Of a stretch of DNA of 64,000 nt, positions 27,647-39,520 are shown piece by piece. The position numbers and the translations under genes were made by a program. How positions within the stretch are numbered: position 1 is the first letter of the stretch; every line of letters starts with the position of its first letter. The notes under the pieces were generated by a model, which was not told the DNA's origin, did no database searches, and worked only from the letters and a program-made list of their open reading frames with translations. This DNA is from Antedon mediterranea (lineage: Eukaryota > Animalia > Echinodermata), in the NCBI RefSeq assembly GCF_964355755.1, contig NC_092673.1:7750001-7814000 (forward strand), read 5' to 3'.

Positions 27647-30014
27647 GTATGTTCAATTTATAATGTATACAGGCTATATAACTTTCTTTTTAATTAATCA
27701 TAATATAACAAACAAAAATAGTGTTGTAATACAGTAAAAAGTGACTCTTTTGTTCAGTTTTCATGTTTTATAAGATTGATTTAAAACTGCCCACAGCATG
27801 TTGAAAGTGGGTTAAGTTTTTAAACTTCCAAGATCACCTTTATCAAATAAAAACCGATTCTAAACAAAACGAAACTGGTTTATTTAAAACTAATATTGAA
27901 ATTAAATTGATATTAGATTTTATATTGGAGATATAACAATTTATATCTTTGATTATCTTTGGTAAATTTATGATTTACTTTCACATAAATCTTATTTTTA
28001 ATATACGTCAGTATCTGTATAATTGAAGAAAAAAAATCTAAGAATTGTAGATATAAATCATTGAATTGTAAAAGAAATATATGCGTTGGTCTTGAGTTAA
28101 TTTACTGAAAGTGAAAAGAAATCACAAACATGCCATTTTCATTGTTTTCAATACTATTTCAATTATTGAGAGTTTTTTAACACAGTAGAAATCATAGCGT
28201 GCCATTTCCTCTACCTCTGGCAGTTATATATATGAAAGTTGCCGTTGGTTTTCCACTGAATAGTGTCTGCTAGCGGGTATCTTCCCACTAATGATAACGT
28301 ATTGTGATGAATGTCATTAATATCAAGTTGCTGTTGCATATTGCCTTTTGTTTGTGCAATTTCTCCAATCGCATATAATAATGTAACTTTAAGAATAGTC
28401 TTTTATGGGTGGGAATTTGCTGAAGGGTACTAATATTTATAGTACAATTCTTTTGTTATTCTAACGTTAATAGATATTTTGTATTATGTGAATTTAATAT
28501 TCTTTTGTATTTATTCGTTTAATTTCCATTTAGTTTGCAAATCTCTCTCACAAATTACCTGTAAAGTGAGTGATTCAATGAAAATAGAAATAAAAAAGAA
28601 CAATACATTTCAAAATAATAGCTTATAAATCTTACTTGAAGATTGAGGTTTAGGAAAACCAATGTTTGCAATATAAATTTTAAAATAAAATACTAGTGAT
28701 GTTTTTGTTTGATCTGTTATATTTCTGTTTGATTTGCAGTCGGCTCTTAATGCTTTGTTTGTTGTTATTTTTCATTAGACCAGCTTTTGTTTGAAAGAAT
28801 TTCTATATTTACGTTTAATACAACAATATTTTTTCCTGTTGCAGCACTGCAACAATTTAACCAACCTCTAATAATCATCAGCTCTGTCGCCACCATAGCA
28901 TCGTTTCAGCTCAATCGCTACGTGAGCAGTGCCGATTATTCTGATGTCCTTTTATACATTTTTTTGTAATGTACTAGTCACCAAATAGAATTATTACATT
29001 ACTATGGTTTTTATGTCATTAAAGTTGTCTGATATTACTAGATTGCTTTTTATACATCCTTTTTCATTGCCAATTTTGCTCTCATAAACTGTTTGTGGTA
29101 ATTTAATTTTCATTCAAGGTTTTTTTTGTATTATCTTAGTATCCCAACAAACAAAAACATTATCAATAAACCCAGATGTTTCAAAATGTATCATAAAGAC
29201 GACAGACCAAGAAACCATCCAATTAATTACAATTTTAACTCATGTTAATAAATAAATTCTAAATTTAAATTTTAAAGTAAGTTTTTATTATATTCTCATC
29301 CAAACGAGAATTACAAGAAAATATATTTAGCCATGTAAATCTTTGATGTTAATTTATTTTAGCTTTTGGTATTTCTGTTCTTAAAGATGACATCATATTA
29401 TTTGTTATTTATTTGGTGTTCTTCCAATTTAAAAAGCAATTCCAGGAAGTTAAAAAAGAATACATAAAAATCAAGAGGATTTAATAAAAAAAAATGTATA
29501 TAATTTAACCACAAAAAAACACAATTGTAGGTCTAGGTTATTGAGATTGTGATTGTACTCTGGACATTGCACTATAAAAAATACCAAACATGATCATGAC
29601 AATTTCTAATCCAGAGAATAATTATATATATACACAAACTGATTTCATTCCATAAATGGGTATGATATTACCTTACACCTATTCTAGAGATTATATGATA
29701 TTCTATAATAGTTTCAAGGGTAGAATATATTCACAAGGGGCTAATGCTTTCTCTTGTATTACATTTTTTTCAACCTTGTTTATTAGCAAAAATGGTATAT
29801 TAATGTATTTACACAATGAAATACTGTACACAAACTGTTACAGATATGTGATAGAATAAAATATTTCGCCATTAATTATGTCATCAGGAATATTATGTCA
29901 TTCCTGATGATGACATAGAAAATGAAATATTAAATCCCATCATAATGGCATGTAAAGGTACTGTACATGCAATACACATAAAGTGTTCTGCTGTTACATG
30001 TATTTTTAGTCAAG

Positions 30015-30275
30015 TACTGTAGCTAAACGGTTTAGGGCAGGGGTGTCTCAGACTAACCATAATATCGGCACTGGTTCCTTCAGTTACATTACGGTGGTAG
30101 AACAAAGTCTACTCAAATTATTGACTTATAAAAAAACCTGATTGGTGTGCATCTTTCAAAAGAGTAGGGGATCCCCCCGGTGTACTGGTGCATATGCTCG
30201 GCTGAGGCTATGAATAGTTGACCTCAGATCGACAGCACCCGACAACATTATTCATGAGTGTCTAGAATAATAAAA
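30015..30275 (+). mobile_element. Old SINE with Deu/Nin-like domain
   Basis: gtagctaaacggtt head, ggtggtagaacaa motif, and core gtgcatctttcaaaagagtaggggatccccccggtgtactgg. Confidence 0.55.
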
Positions 30276-30375
30276 ATCTATTTTTTATTTTTTAATGGCT
30301 AAATCACTTACTCATCCTTTATTACAGTAGAATTTCTAAATACTTTTAGAAAATGTGACTTGTTATATTCTCTAG

Positions 30376-30528
30376 GTAAACGGGAATCAATATCTTTTAT
30401 CCATGAGAGTCGTAGTAATTCTCAAGTTACGTGCGAGACAACGTTAGTTCCTAGTTCACAGTACAAATCCTACCGAATTCAAATGCTTCATAAAAACGTG
30501 CTCAGACCACCCTCTGGTGTAGATTTTG
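30376..30528 (+). CDS. MAPKAP1: MAPKAP1/SIN1 exon, start of PH domain (153 nt, phase 1 to 1)
   Basis: tctctag acceptor and ttg|gtaagt donor. ...SSQYKSYRIQMLHKNVLRPPSGVDFG resembles SSHHYKSFKVSMIHR..TDVQLG. Confidence 0.92.
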
Positions 30529-31084
30529 GTAAGTTTTTTTGTTTAATTCAGATTAAATTTATTATCATAATATACATAATAAAAAACATACAATGAAACT
30601 GTATCAGCTCAAAGAGTATACTATTCGTATACTATTCATAGCCTTATGGCAGACAGAAAAAGTAAAGCTTTTGATCAGCTAGTTATGGCGTTATCTATTT
30701 TATATGTGACTTGTTTGTGTTCGTCCCACTTTTATTTCATCAATTTTTAAAATATTGAAATACATTTTAAGACATAACCACAATGATTCAATCATTTATC
30801 TTTTAAAAATGGTTGGTTGCATTTTTCAACAATACAAAATAAACAAACAAAATATCACCAACATCGATTCTGGCCACATTTTTGTTAACCTTTTCTTCGT
30901 TTATTAAAAACTCACATTTGATGAGTATTTCCAACTCAGAAATAAACATCCTATGGGCACTTTACAATCAAATTATATTCACGAAGATCACAGACATTGA
31001 TTGCTACAGTAAGAATTAAAAAATATAAAGAAAAAATACTACATAATAGTAGATTGTGATTTTGTTTTTCTTTTTACTACTTAG

Positions 31085-31225
31085 GTTTATCAGCAGAGAA
31101 AATTGAAATAGTACCTATAATGCAAATGAAGACAAAAACCTCTAAGTTATGGAATAAGCAAAAAGCATACTCAATAAGTTCTGATAAATTAGCAGATTGC
31201 TTAATAGTACATGAAGGCAAAACAG
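31085..31225 (+). CDS. MAPKAP1: MAPKAP1/SIN1 exon, PH domain (141 nt, phase 1 to 1)
   Basis: Polypyrimidine tract plus ttag acceptor, and cag|gtaaat donor. GLSAEKIEIVPIMQMKTKTSKLWNKQKAYSISSDKLADC resembles GISGDKVEIDP..KFWIKQKPISIDSDLLCAC. Confidence 0.95.
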
Positions 31226-32129
31226 GTAAATACTTTAAAAACTATTTTAGTTGGACATGATTGCCTCACACAATTACGATTAGGCCAGCGTATTCACAAC
31301 CTATCAAGGTTTCTCTAAATCGCTGGTGCATGCAGTGGGGTTTTCCATTTTTAACAAATATTTCTTGCTGTATTTATGACGAGTTACCGGTAACTGAATT
31401 TGAACTACAGAAAGTTTGGATACCTTATACAGTATAGATATTTTATAGGGCCTATGGAAAGCCCCGTCTAATGAAACACATAGCACTTTGGTTTGTACTG
31501 TATTCTTTTAAATCTTGTATAACGCAGCATACGCCAATGACAAATTTTTCATAAATCGGGATACCTAGTCTGAATCGTCATAGTATGCAACTAATCAGTT
31601 ACATTCTTGTTGTTTTGCAACCAAAATAATAAAAATGTATCTCATCTATTTAGATTTACAACATGATTTCTATCATATTTGTCCTTGTAAAAATTAACTA
31701 AATAAACTAAACGTTAAATGTATATTTGTTAGCTCTTGACATTTGAGCCCAATGTCATGAATGTTTTAAAAATACTATTTCCTAAGGCAATATTTATGAT
31801 ATCCATTTTCAATTCTTATGTGGCCAGTAAAATGATATTGATGTACTTTTCAATTCAAAATACAGTAAAAATGAATTATTATATCATATCAGATTTCCTT
31901 ATTTTAGATATTGATAGTGTAAACTATTGGAACAAAAATGTTATTTAAAATATGTCTATCTATTTAAAGTAAAACAAAGAACATGACTACTTTACTATAA
32001 AAAAATCCAATTTATAATAAATAAGTGGCCGCAGACCCTTTACAACTTTATAATGATTCTCCCCCCCCCACCTCCTATATTGACCAGCAAAAATTTGTTT
32101 TGACAATCCAACTTCTAAACAAAATCTAA

Positions 32130-32308
32130 AGCGTGGTTCCCACTAGCGACGCAACACAAGGACGTAACGCAACGCAAGTGAATTGACCAATCAAAAGCGA
32201 TGGCTTATTCGTTTGTGATTGCTAACTGTCTATAACTTGGCTTGTCATTGGTTAAAACGCTTGCGTTGCGTTTACGTCCTTGCGCTACGTTCTAGTGGAA
32301 ACCAAGCT
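32130..32308. mobile_element. PIF/Harbinger-like palindromic MITE in the last SIN1 intron
   Basis: TIR agcgtggttcccactag / ctagtggaaaccaagct, with taa and tta flanks and an internal inverted cgcaacgcaag. Paralog at 60428-60581. Confidence 0.85.
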
Positions 32309-32498
32309 TTACAATTAAAAAGAATTACAGCACCTGATATGAATGGTACAAAATATCAGACATAAGTACAAAAATATTTGTCGAAACTTTCATTTTGGAC
32401 ACTTTTTTTAGACCTACAAGTATCTTCTTTATTAGTTAATGTGAAATGTGTATTATGAATTTCACTTTTAATTTTGTTAAATATTTTTTTCTATATAG

Positions 32499-32692
32499 GG
32501 AAATCTGTTTTCAGACTTGTGTACCTTGCAACAAGTCGTGACTTCAAGTATCATGAATTTGAATCAAAATCATCAGATATAAAAGAAATAGTAGCAAAAA
32601 TTCAACAAATCCTTGATTTACGATACAGCCAAGTTCGACGAGATTACCTGTATGTGCTAAGCAAAAAGCAACAGAAGAAACAAGAAAAGTAA
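32499..32692 (+). CDS. MAPKAP1: MAPKAP1/SIN1 terminal coding exon (end of PH domain, stop TAA)
   Basis: tttctatatag acceptor. KSVFRLVYLATSRDFKYHEFES..IKEIVAKIQQILDLRYSQVRRDY resembles IFKLTYLSNHDYKHLYFES..VNEIVLKVNYILESR..ARADY. AATAAA hexamers follow at about 32810-32955. Confidence 0.94.
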
Positions 32693-33609
32693 AGATGATA
32701 AAGAAGGAGATACATTTTGGAAAAAGGAAACCTTGCAATTATTATAATAATCTTCATAAATGTACATGATAATTCTTTTTTGTATATAAATATTATTTTT
32801 ATAAAAGAAAATAAATCAATAAATGACATCAAAATGGACACTGGCAAACAAGTAACAATTTTGGGAATGACACATATATAATTTGCTAGAAACAAACATG
32901 TTGGACCATTTTGTAAAATGTGTGAGAAGAAATACTTGAAACTAGCTAAAATAAAGTGATGAAAGAGTATTTTTAACCAGAAATTTCAAAAAATAATCTT
33001 AATAATTTGAAACATAACTAGAAAGAATATTACAAATGACATTTATCTTTTATTGAGAAAGTAGTTACAACCATTCAAACCTAAAAAACAACATTATTTA
33101 ATGATTTTGTTTCTGGAAGCAGGACAGATGCCAATTTGAACTAAATAAATGACAAATTGCTGTTTTGCGTTCTAATTTTAAAATATAAAAAATTACTCTA
33201 AAAGCAATAAATACTTGTAAATGTGTATAAGAAAGAAGTATCAAACTGCTATATTGGTGGTCTGATTCCGAGTAAAATATATCACGCATTTATCATTAGT
33301 GAGAACAACATTTAAAAAGAAAATAGAAGTTTTGACAGTTTCATTAAAAACCACAGATGTGTACTACTAAAAGAAATTGGTACAAACAAATTTATACTAA
33401 TTGTTCATAATTTGATTGTTAACCTGGCAACAAACCATTACTTTTTCAGGGATGTTTATTATTTAAAAACTATGATACAATAATCAATTAATAATGTACA
33501 TTATGTACGGCATTAAAAAAAGACTGCCAAAATTTGTTTTAGTAGCTTTGCCCCTTTTCTAATGTTCAATTCAATTCACATTTATTTACTCATCGTTTAT
33601 AAATATAGT

Positions 33610-34375
33610 TTCATAGCATAAATGATGGCAAGGATCCTGCATAGAGAAGTTTACACTTCTGTTTTCGCAGGACCCTTTTACATAAAAAACATAAAACAAT
33701 AAACACAACATAATAGATACAAAATAAAAAAAAAAAAAAAAAAACATTTCCTATATATATTTTAGAGTTGTTCATCATCAAAAAGCGATACTGTTTTTCT
33801 AACATGATTATTTATACATTTTGTCTTAAAAAATAAGATATTCAGTTTATTACTTCCAGTACATGTGGATTCTTTCTATATATATTATAGCAAAAGTATG
33901 AATACATATACGGTAATATAAAACAGGCTATGTGTGTATACTCGCACACACCAACACAACGCATAATATATGCATCTATTCTATATTTTATGAGTGAAGC
34001 ATTTTAAGTTCTGTAATTCGATAAAATGTCTCTTTTTACATATTTTTTTAGTATTTTATAATTTTTGTTAACAATATCTAAGTGATTTCTACAGAGCTCG
34101 TTCCATAGTTTCGGTCCGTGAATACTGATAAAATGTTGACCAGACGTTAACCTAGAGTATGGTTGTTTTACGCTACAAATATTTCGAAGATTGTGGGTAG
34201 TATTTTCGTTTCTTTTGAATATCATTTGGATTCGTCTGGGTAAAACATTGCTTTTAAATGTTGTGATGAACAAGTCTATGCTCATTTTATAATTAAACCA
34301 TTCCAATGTGTATATTAGGAAAATAGAATTCCTAAATACAGTATCACCTGTGATGAAAATGTAATGCTGTATCAC
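33610..34375 (-). mobile_element. 3' end of a CR1/L2-group LINE
   Basis: ORF 34004-34375 contains THNLRN...FISIHGPKLWNEL, typical of the ORF2 C-terminus. Downstream hairpin gggtcctgc...gcaggatcc near 33632-33676. Confidence 0.7.
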
Positions 34376-37300
34376 ACAACTTTCCTATGATAATGAACAA
34401 ATTAAGATTAACTTAATTATGTAGAATCATGTAGTACAGTCTAAATAGTACTTAATTTTCTGACAGGCGTATGTTTTCAGAAATTGCTTGACAATTTGCT
34501 CAAATACAGCATAGTACAAAGTTTTGTTAAAAAAAAGTTTTAATACTGTATTACTATAAACAACATAATAATCAATAAGTTTACTCTTGTACACATGCTA
34601 TTTCTGTAAACTTCAATATTGTTTCCGACCTTGAGCAATTTCTTGAGCAACATTTCCATAGATCATTTTCTTAATAGTTTAGAAAAATGTTGCAAAAAGT
34701 TTTTTGATGATCTGGAATAGTTTATAAATATCTTAATGTTGTTTTAATAGATGGATTGAGACCTTTCAATTTGGGTTGGAAACATTCAGAAACAAAGTCT
34801 AATCGATCTAAGACCTTTATTTTCTTTTTACACTAGACATACATCACAGCATTGTCTTGCTAAACAAATTGTAGATTATAACCGGAAAAATTTGATCATC
34901 GATCGTCTCTAAGTAATGTTAAGTACAAACTTTGCGAATTTTAATTCAGAAGAGAAAGACAAAATATGCCATCAATTAGACTTATCTGACCTCATGTATT
35001 AAAATAATGTTGTATAGCCATATGCACTTAATCAATTCTTGCTCGGAAATAATACTTATTAATTTTCAAATAAACATTTGCAGATGACACCAATGTTGCA
35101 ATATGAATAAAATAAAATGTTTTGAAAGGGGTAACTGAAAGGTAATCTTCAATCATGCAACAGAAGTAACACGAGAACGAATGAGTTACGTTATGGGCAA
35201 AAAAAAGAGAGAGAGAGTTCTAATATCATTTACGAATCACAACAGGTCGATGCAACCATCAAGCATTCAATTGTAAATAACGATTTAAACTTGAACCTAA
35301 AAACATCTGCTATATCTATTATGTTACAATTTAACAAATGCATATATTGGTATGTAAGTTTGACTCGCGTAATTTATCAAACGGCGTCACTGTATTGAAC
35401 GATTTCATATGTTGCACATAACTCATGTTTAGTTTGCGTATATCTCTACGTGAATGGTCAATCTATGCCAACTTGTACATTATTAAATAATTAAAAATAC
35501 TAAATGATGCTGTACGATTCACATAAATCATAAAATTTCTTTTAATATAAAAGAGAATATTATAGATTATGATTTATATAGACAATAATTAATATATTAG
35601 TATTTTCCATCAAATTCTTGCTTGTTATATTATTAAGTATTAATAATTGTTTTAATAATATTATTGAGATAATTATTTTAATTTACTTGTGCTATTTAAT
35701 AATACATGTGAATGCACCTGATTTATATTATTATTGTCATTAATTTATTATCATTATTATTATTATTATAAAACTACCAAAGGAATATGTATATACAGTA
35801 TATATGAGAAAGTAATTACAGTGAATGTAAGTTTTAAGTTTTGATTAAAAGTGAATGTTTGTATCATAGAAGAAGAATTCTATCATTTATTGCATTTAAC
35901 AGACCTGAGTATTGTACCTTTACTGAATGATAATTGGTTAATTTTGTACCACAAGCCATGTTCTAATTAATGGTTCTATTGAAAATTAACAGAAGCCTGT
36001 TAAATTGGTCTAGCACTTAGTTTTTACATTCATGTTAGGCGCGTCATAAACATATATTTCATGTTTTTGAACGGAATAATTCATTGAAAGATGTAATAGT
36101 TCCTCCTAATTCAATATACCAGTCCATCTTTCAACTCATGAAATATACTTTCCATTCCACTCATAAACATTCATTATTAGTATAATTTACTATGGTGGAG
36201 TTGATGCCAAGTTGTTCTTATTCCAAATCTAAGGTCATGGGTTTAAATCTTGAGAGTTAGTATATTACTTAATACAAAAACATCATTACGCTGCTGACAT
36301 AGACAAGCAAAACTAGTAAACTTGACCAGGAATTAAATAGGATGTACGCAAAGTAAACAAAATTTTTGGGATACAGTTCAGCTATTACCAAGTACTCGTA
36401 CCATTTTGGTATAAGGCAATTTGCGCTTTAACAATGGTTATAGAATATTAGTTTCTAATGAAGCATTAATGCAACTTGTAGTAAAGACTTGCAAACACTT
36501 CCTGTTCTAATAGGTTTGGAAATTGGGTAAAACAGGCCAGTTATTGCCTAGCTTAAAACGTGAAGCCTGGCTATAATACTCGCTTCATTATTTAGTACAG
36601 TTAATGATACTGGTAATTGCTTATTATATACACGAGGCATTCACAGCCAAGCGGTACTAATCGTTAGTGCACATCACCGCCATCGTCTTCATTAAGCTAA
36701 TACCTTTTGATTGTCTGTACAGTAAAGATGCACATTTATCTAAATCATATTGATGTAGATTTATTACTGTCCATGTGACAAGCTGTAAACATCGCAACAA
36801 CAGTAATACGGTCATTGTAGTCTTCAGATATCTGCTGCTAAATCTTTTGACAGATTAAATCAGACACGTACAGTCAAATGGCCGAACGGTTAATGCCAGG
36901 GTGCAGTAATGACGTTGCAGTTAAGTGCCATTTTTTTTTACTCCAGAGGTTGAATCACTTTTCCGCTATCACAACGTATTAAATGGATTATTTAACATTT
37001 TGTAATTTGCCACCTAAATTTATTTGAAAGTTACCAAATTGAAAATTACATAAAGTATGTCTACTCAATTTTGCAACAGATGACGTTATGAATCGAAGAG
37101 AGCGCTCCTGGATGTTTATCTTTAAAAAAAAAGTTTGCTTAAAAATTAAATATTCTATTAAGAATTTAATTTAAAATTCTGTAGGTACTTTTTGGTTTGG
37201 GTGTGTTTAATCTTGTTGATTGATTCATGTTTTTGTATTGTATGCTTTGAGTGTTGGTGTGGCACGCCTTGGGGACAGTCATCCTCTAAACTTGCCGCTT

Positions 37301-38438
37301 CGTGGCACACTCCCACTGTTTTAATGTTGCTTAAATGAATAAAATTTATTTCAAATGTGTTCCCAGTCAAGAAATTGGAAGTACAATTTATTTATAAGTT
37401 ATTATTTGCTTATATCAGAACCATAAACACACTAGAAACCTCTTTATGTTTAATTTCTTTTATATTAACTTTAATAAAATTAAATTAATAAATAAAAAAA
37501 CATCTGCAATACGTTCAGCATTAGAAGTACCATAGTGACCTATAAATTAGCCAAAATGGCAGTTGATCAATATAGATAAATGTCTAAATTTAACGAGTGA
37601 ACATATGAACAGGGACATTTCTGATTCATCAAAATGAAACTCATAGACCTTAATTAGTAATGATGTTCTCATGTTTATTGACAGAAGCTTAACTGTCAAT
37701 GTTACAGTTTTAATATTTCCCTTTCAATTATATATGTTTCTCGCTTGCTTTTTCACTGCTCCTTAGTGTTGCCTAAATATAATATAAAGATGCTAGAAAC
37801 ATATTTGACTTCATAAAAAAAAAATAATAATAATTTTTTGAATAGTTTAGTTAAAATAGTGCTTTTTGTTTGGATGTATTTAACACAAGTTAGTATAGCT
37901 TTCAAAAAGTCTCCAGATATAATTTTTGGTTGGATAATGATTACCATGTTTAAGCATAAACAATTAATAATACATTAAGCAAAGATTATAACCAGAAAAA
38001 ACAAAATTCACAATTTTTACATAGAAAATATTAGATGTAAAAGTTGTGTAGAGCTAGATGCTAGCCAGTCCTGCAGACATAACAGGTTTGTTTGACTTCT
38101 ACCATTTATAGTGAGCAAGAGAATACGTATTTTCAAATTACTGTATTTTCAAATAATAATAATGGTATTTTCTTGCCAAGAGAAACGGGTCCATATGAAA
38201 AGAACCATTTTAGATAAGGTTTTTAAAACCACTATTTAGTCTCAATTCACAAATACCGGTTTTGAAATAATTTTTAGCCGCAATACGTTTGTTTATCATT
38301 TTATTTTTCACTTCTACGCCAAGATACAAACAACACACCTACAGAACACCTGAATGTTGAGGAGTGCAATTTTCAAAAGGAAAGGCCTGATATATACTGA
38401 CATACGCAGCACCCTACTCCATGAAACCATTAGTGTTA

Positions 38439-38791
38439 AGGTTGCGACACACTAGGATGATAACGATCGACAATAAATGGATACAATTTTTCTTCATAAA
38501 ACAAAATAAATTTGAAAAGTTTCCATTCTAGAATTATAGTGACCATAAATGCTGTCTTTGATTAAAATAATATTTTTAAGCCAATCAAGTCGTCATGATC
38601 AATACAATTGTTGTATCATCATATTATTATTTGCTCTTACAAATCATGACTTTATTGATTGGACGTGTGAAAATATCATTTTCATCAAAGGCAGCCTATA
38701 GATGGTTATCCTATAGTTCTGTGATGAAAACTTTTTAGATTTTTTATGTATATTTATCGTCGAACGTTATCATCCTAGCGTAAATGGGCCT
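38439..38791. mobile_element. Foldback MITE with TTA TSD (Harbinger-like)
   Basis: ctaggatgataacgatcgac at the left pairs with gtcgaacgttatcatcctag at the right. Further imperfect complementarity runs toward the centre; tta on both flanks. Confidence 0.75.
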
Positions 38792-39430
38792 TTACATGAA
38801 CATTTTGCTTGTTTCTTCCGATATCTACTGTTAAAAACTTTAAATCTTGCAAGTCCAGTCCATTCTGTCTAATGTTTACAAGTAAAACACACTAATATTT
38901 AATAATCAGTCAATTTCACCTCAACTGATTCATTCTCATTATATTTTTTTTTCTACTTCAACTAAATATTATCTTTGGCATATTTCCAAGTTTCATTAAG
39001 TTGATTACTTTTTTCCATCACCTCTGTTGTTCATCCATCTACCTGTCACATCAAGCCTATTTCTTCTGGTTACATTGTGACCGGCCCCATTCCTACTCCT
39101 GCTTAAAAGGTGTCAATATTCCTATAATTAGTCACCTCTAGATTGGATATCTGTAGTAGTCTATGTACGTCTGTCATTTTGTTCTCTAAGTAGCAAGTGT
39201 ATAAAAATGTTGATTGATGAACTACGCCAATCTAGTGCGTAACAATTTTTTATTTTAGTACTCGATATTTTCAGATAAATATTTGACGTATATTCTCGTA
39301 TATATGCAAACCAGGTGTATGACTCCCCCATAGGTTACAGACAAATTTATATGTTGGGTGCATCAGCAAAACCCAAATTAACTAGTTTTTGGGACATGAT
39401 GTGAATTGAAGAGATTTAAACTTTATTGTA

Positions 39431-39520
39431 AAAAAACTTTTAAATTTCAGTTATCTTCATAAAAAACTTTTAAATTTCAGTTATCTTCATAAAAAACTTT
39501 TAAATTTCAGTTATCTTCAT
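39431..39520. repeat. 30-bp x3 perfect tandem repeat
   Basis: aaaaaacttttaaatttcagttatcttcat occurs three times in tandem. Confidence 0.95.

Noticed and set aside
32690-32770. Frameshift or readthrough extension of the SIN1 C-terminus
   Set aside because: TAA is followed in frame by further stops (TGA, TAA), and the alternative frames show no clear SIN1 similarity.
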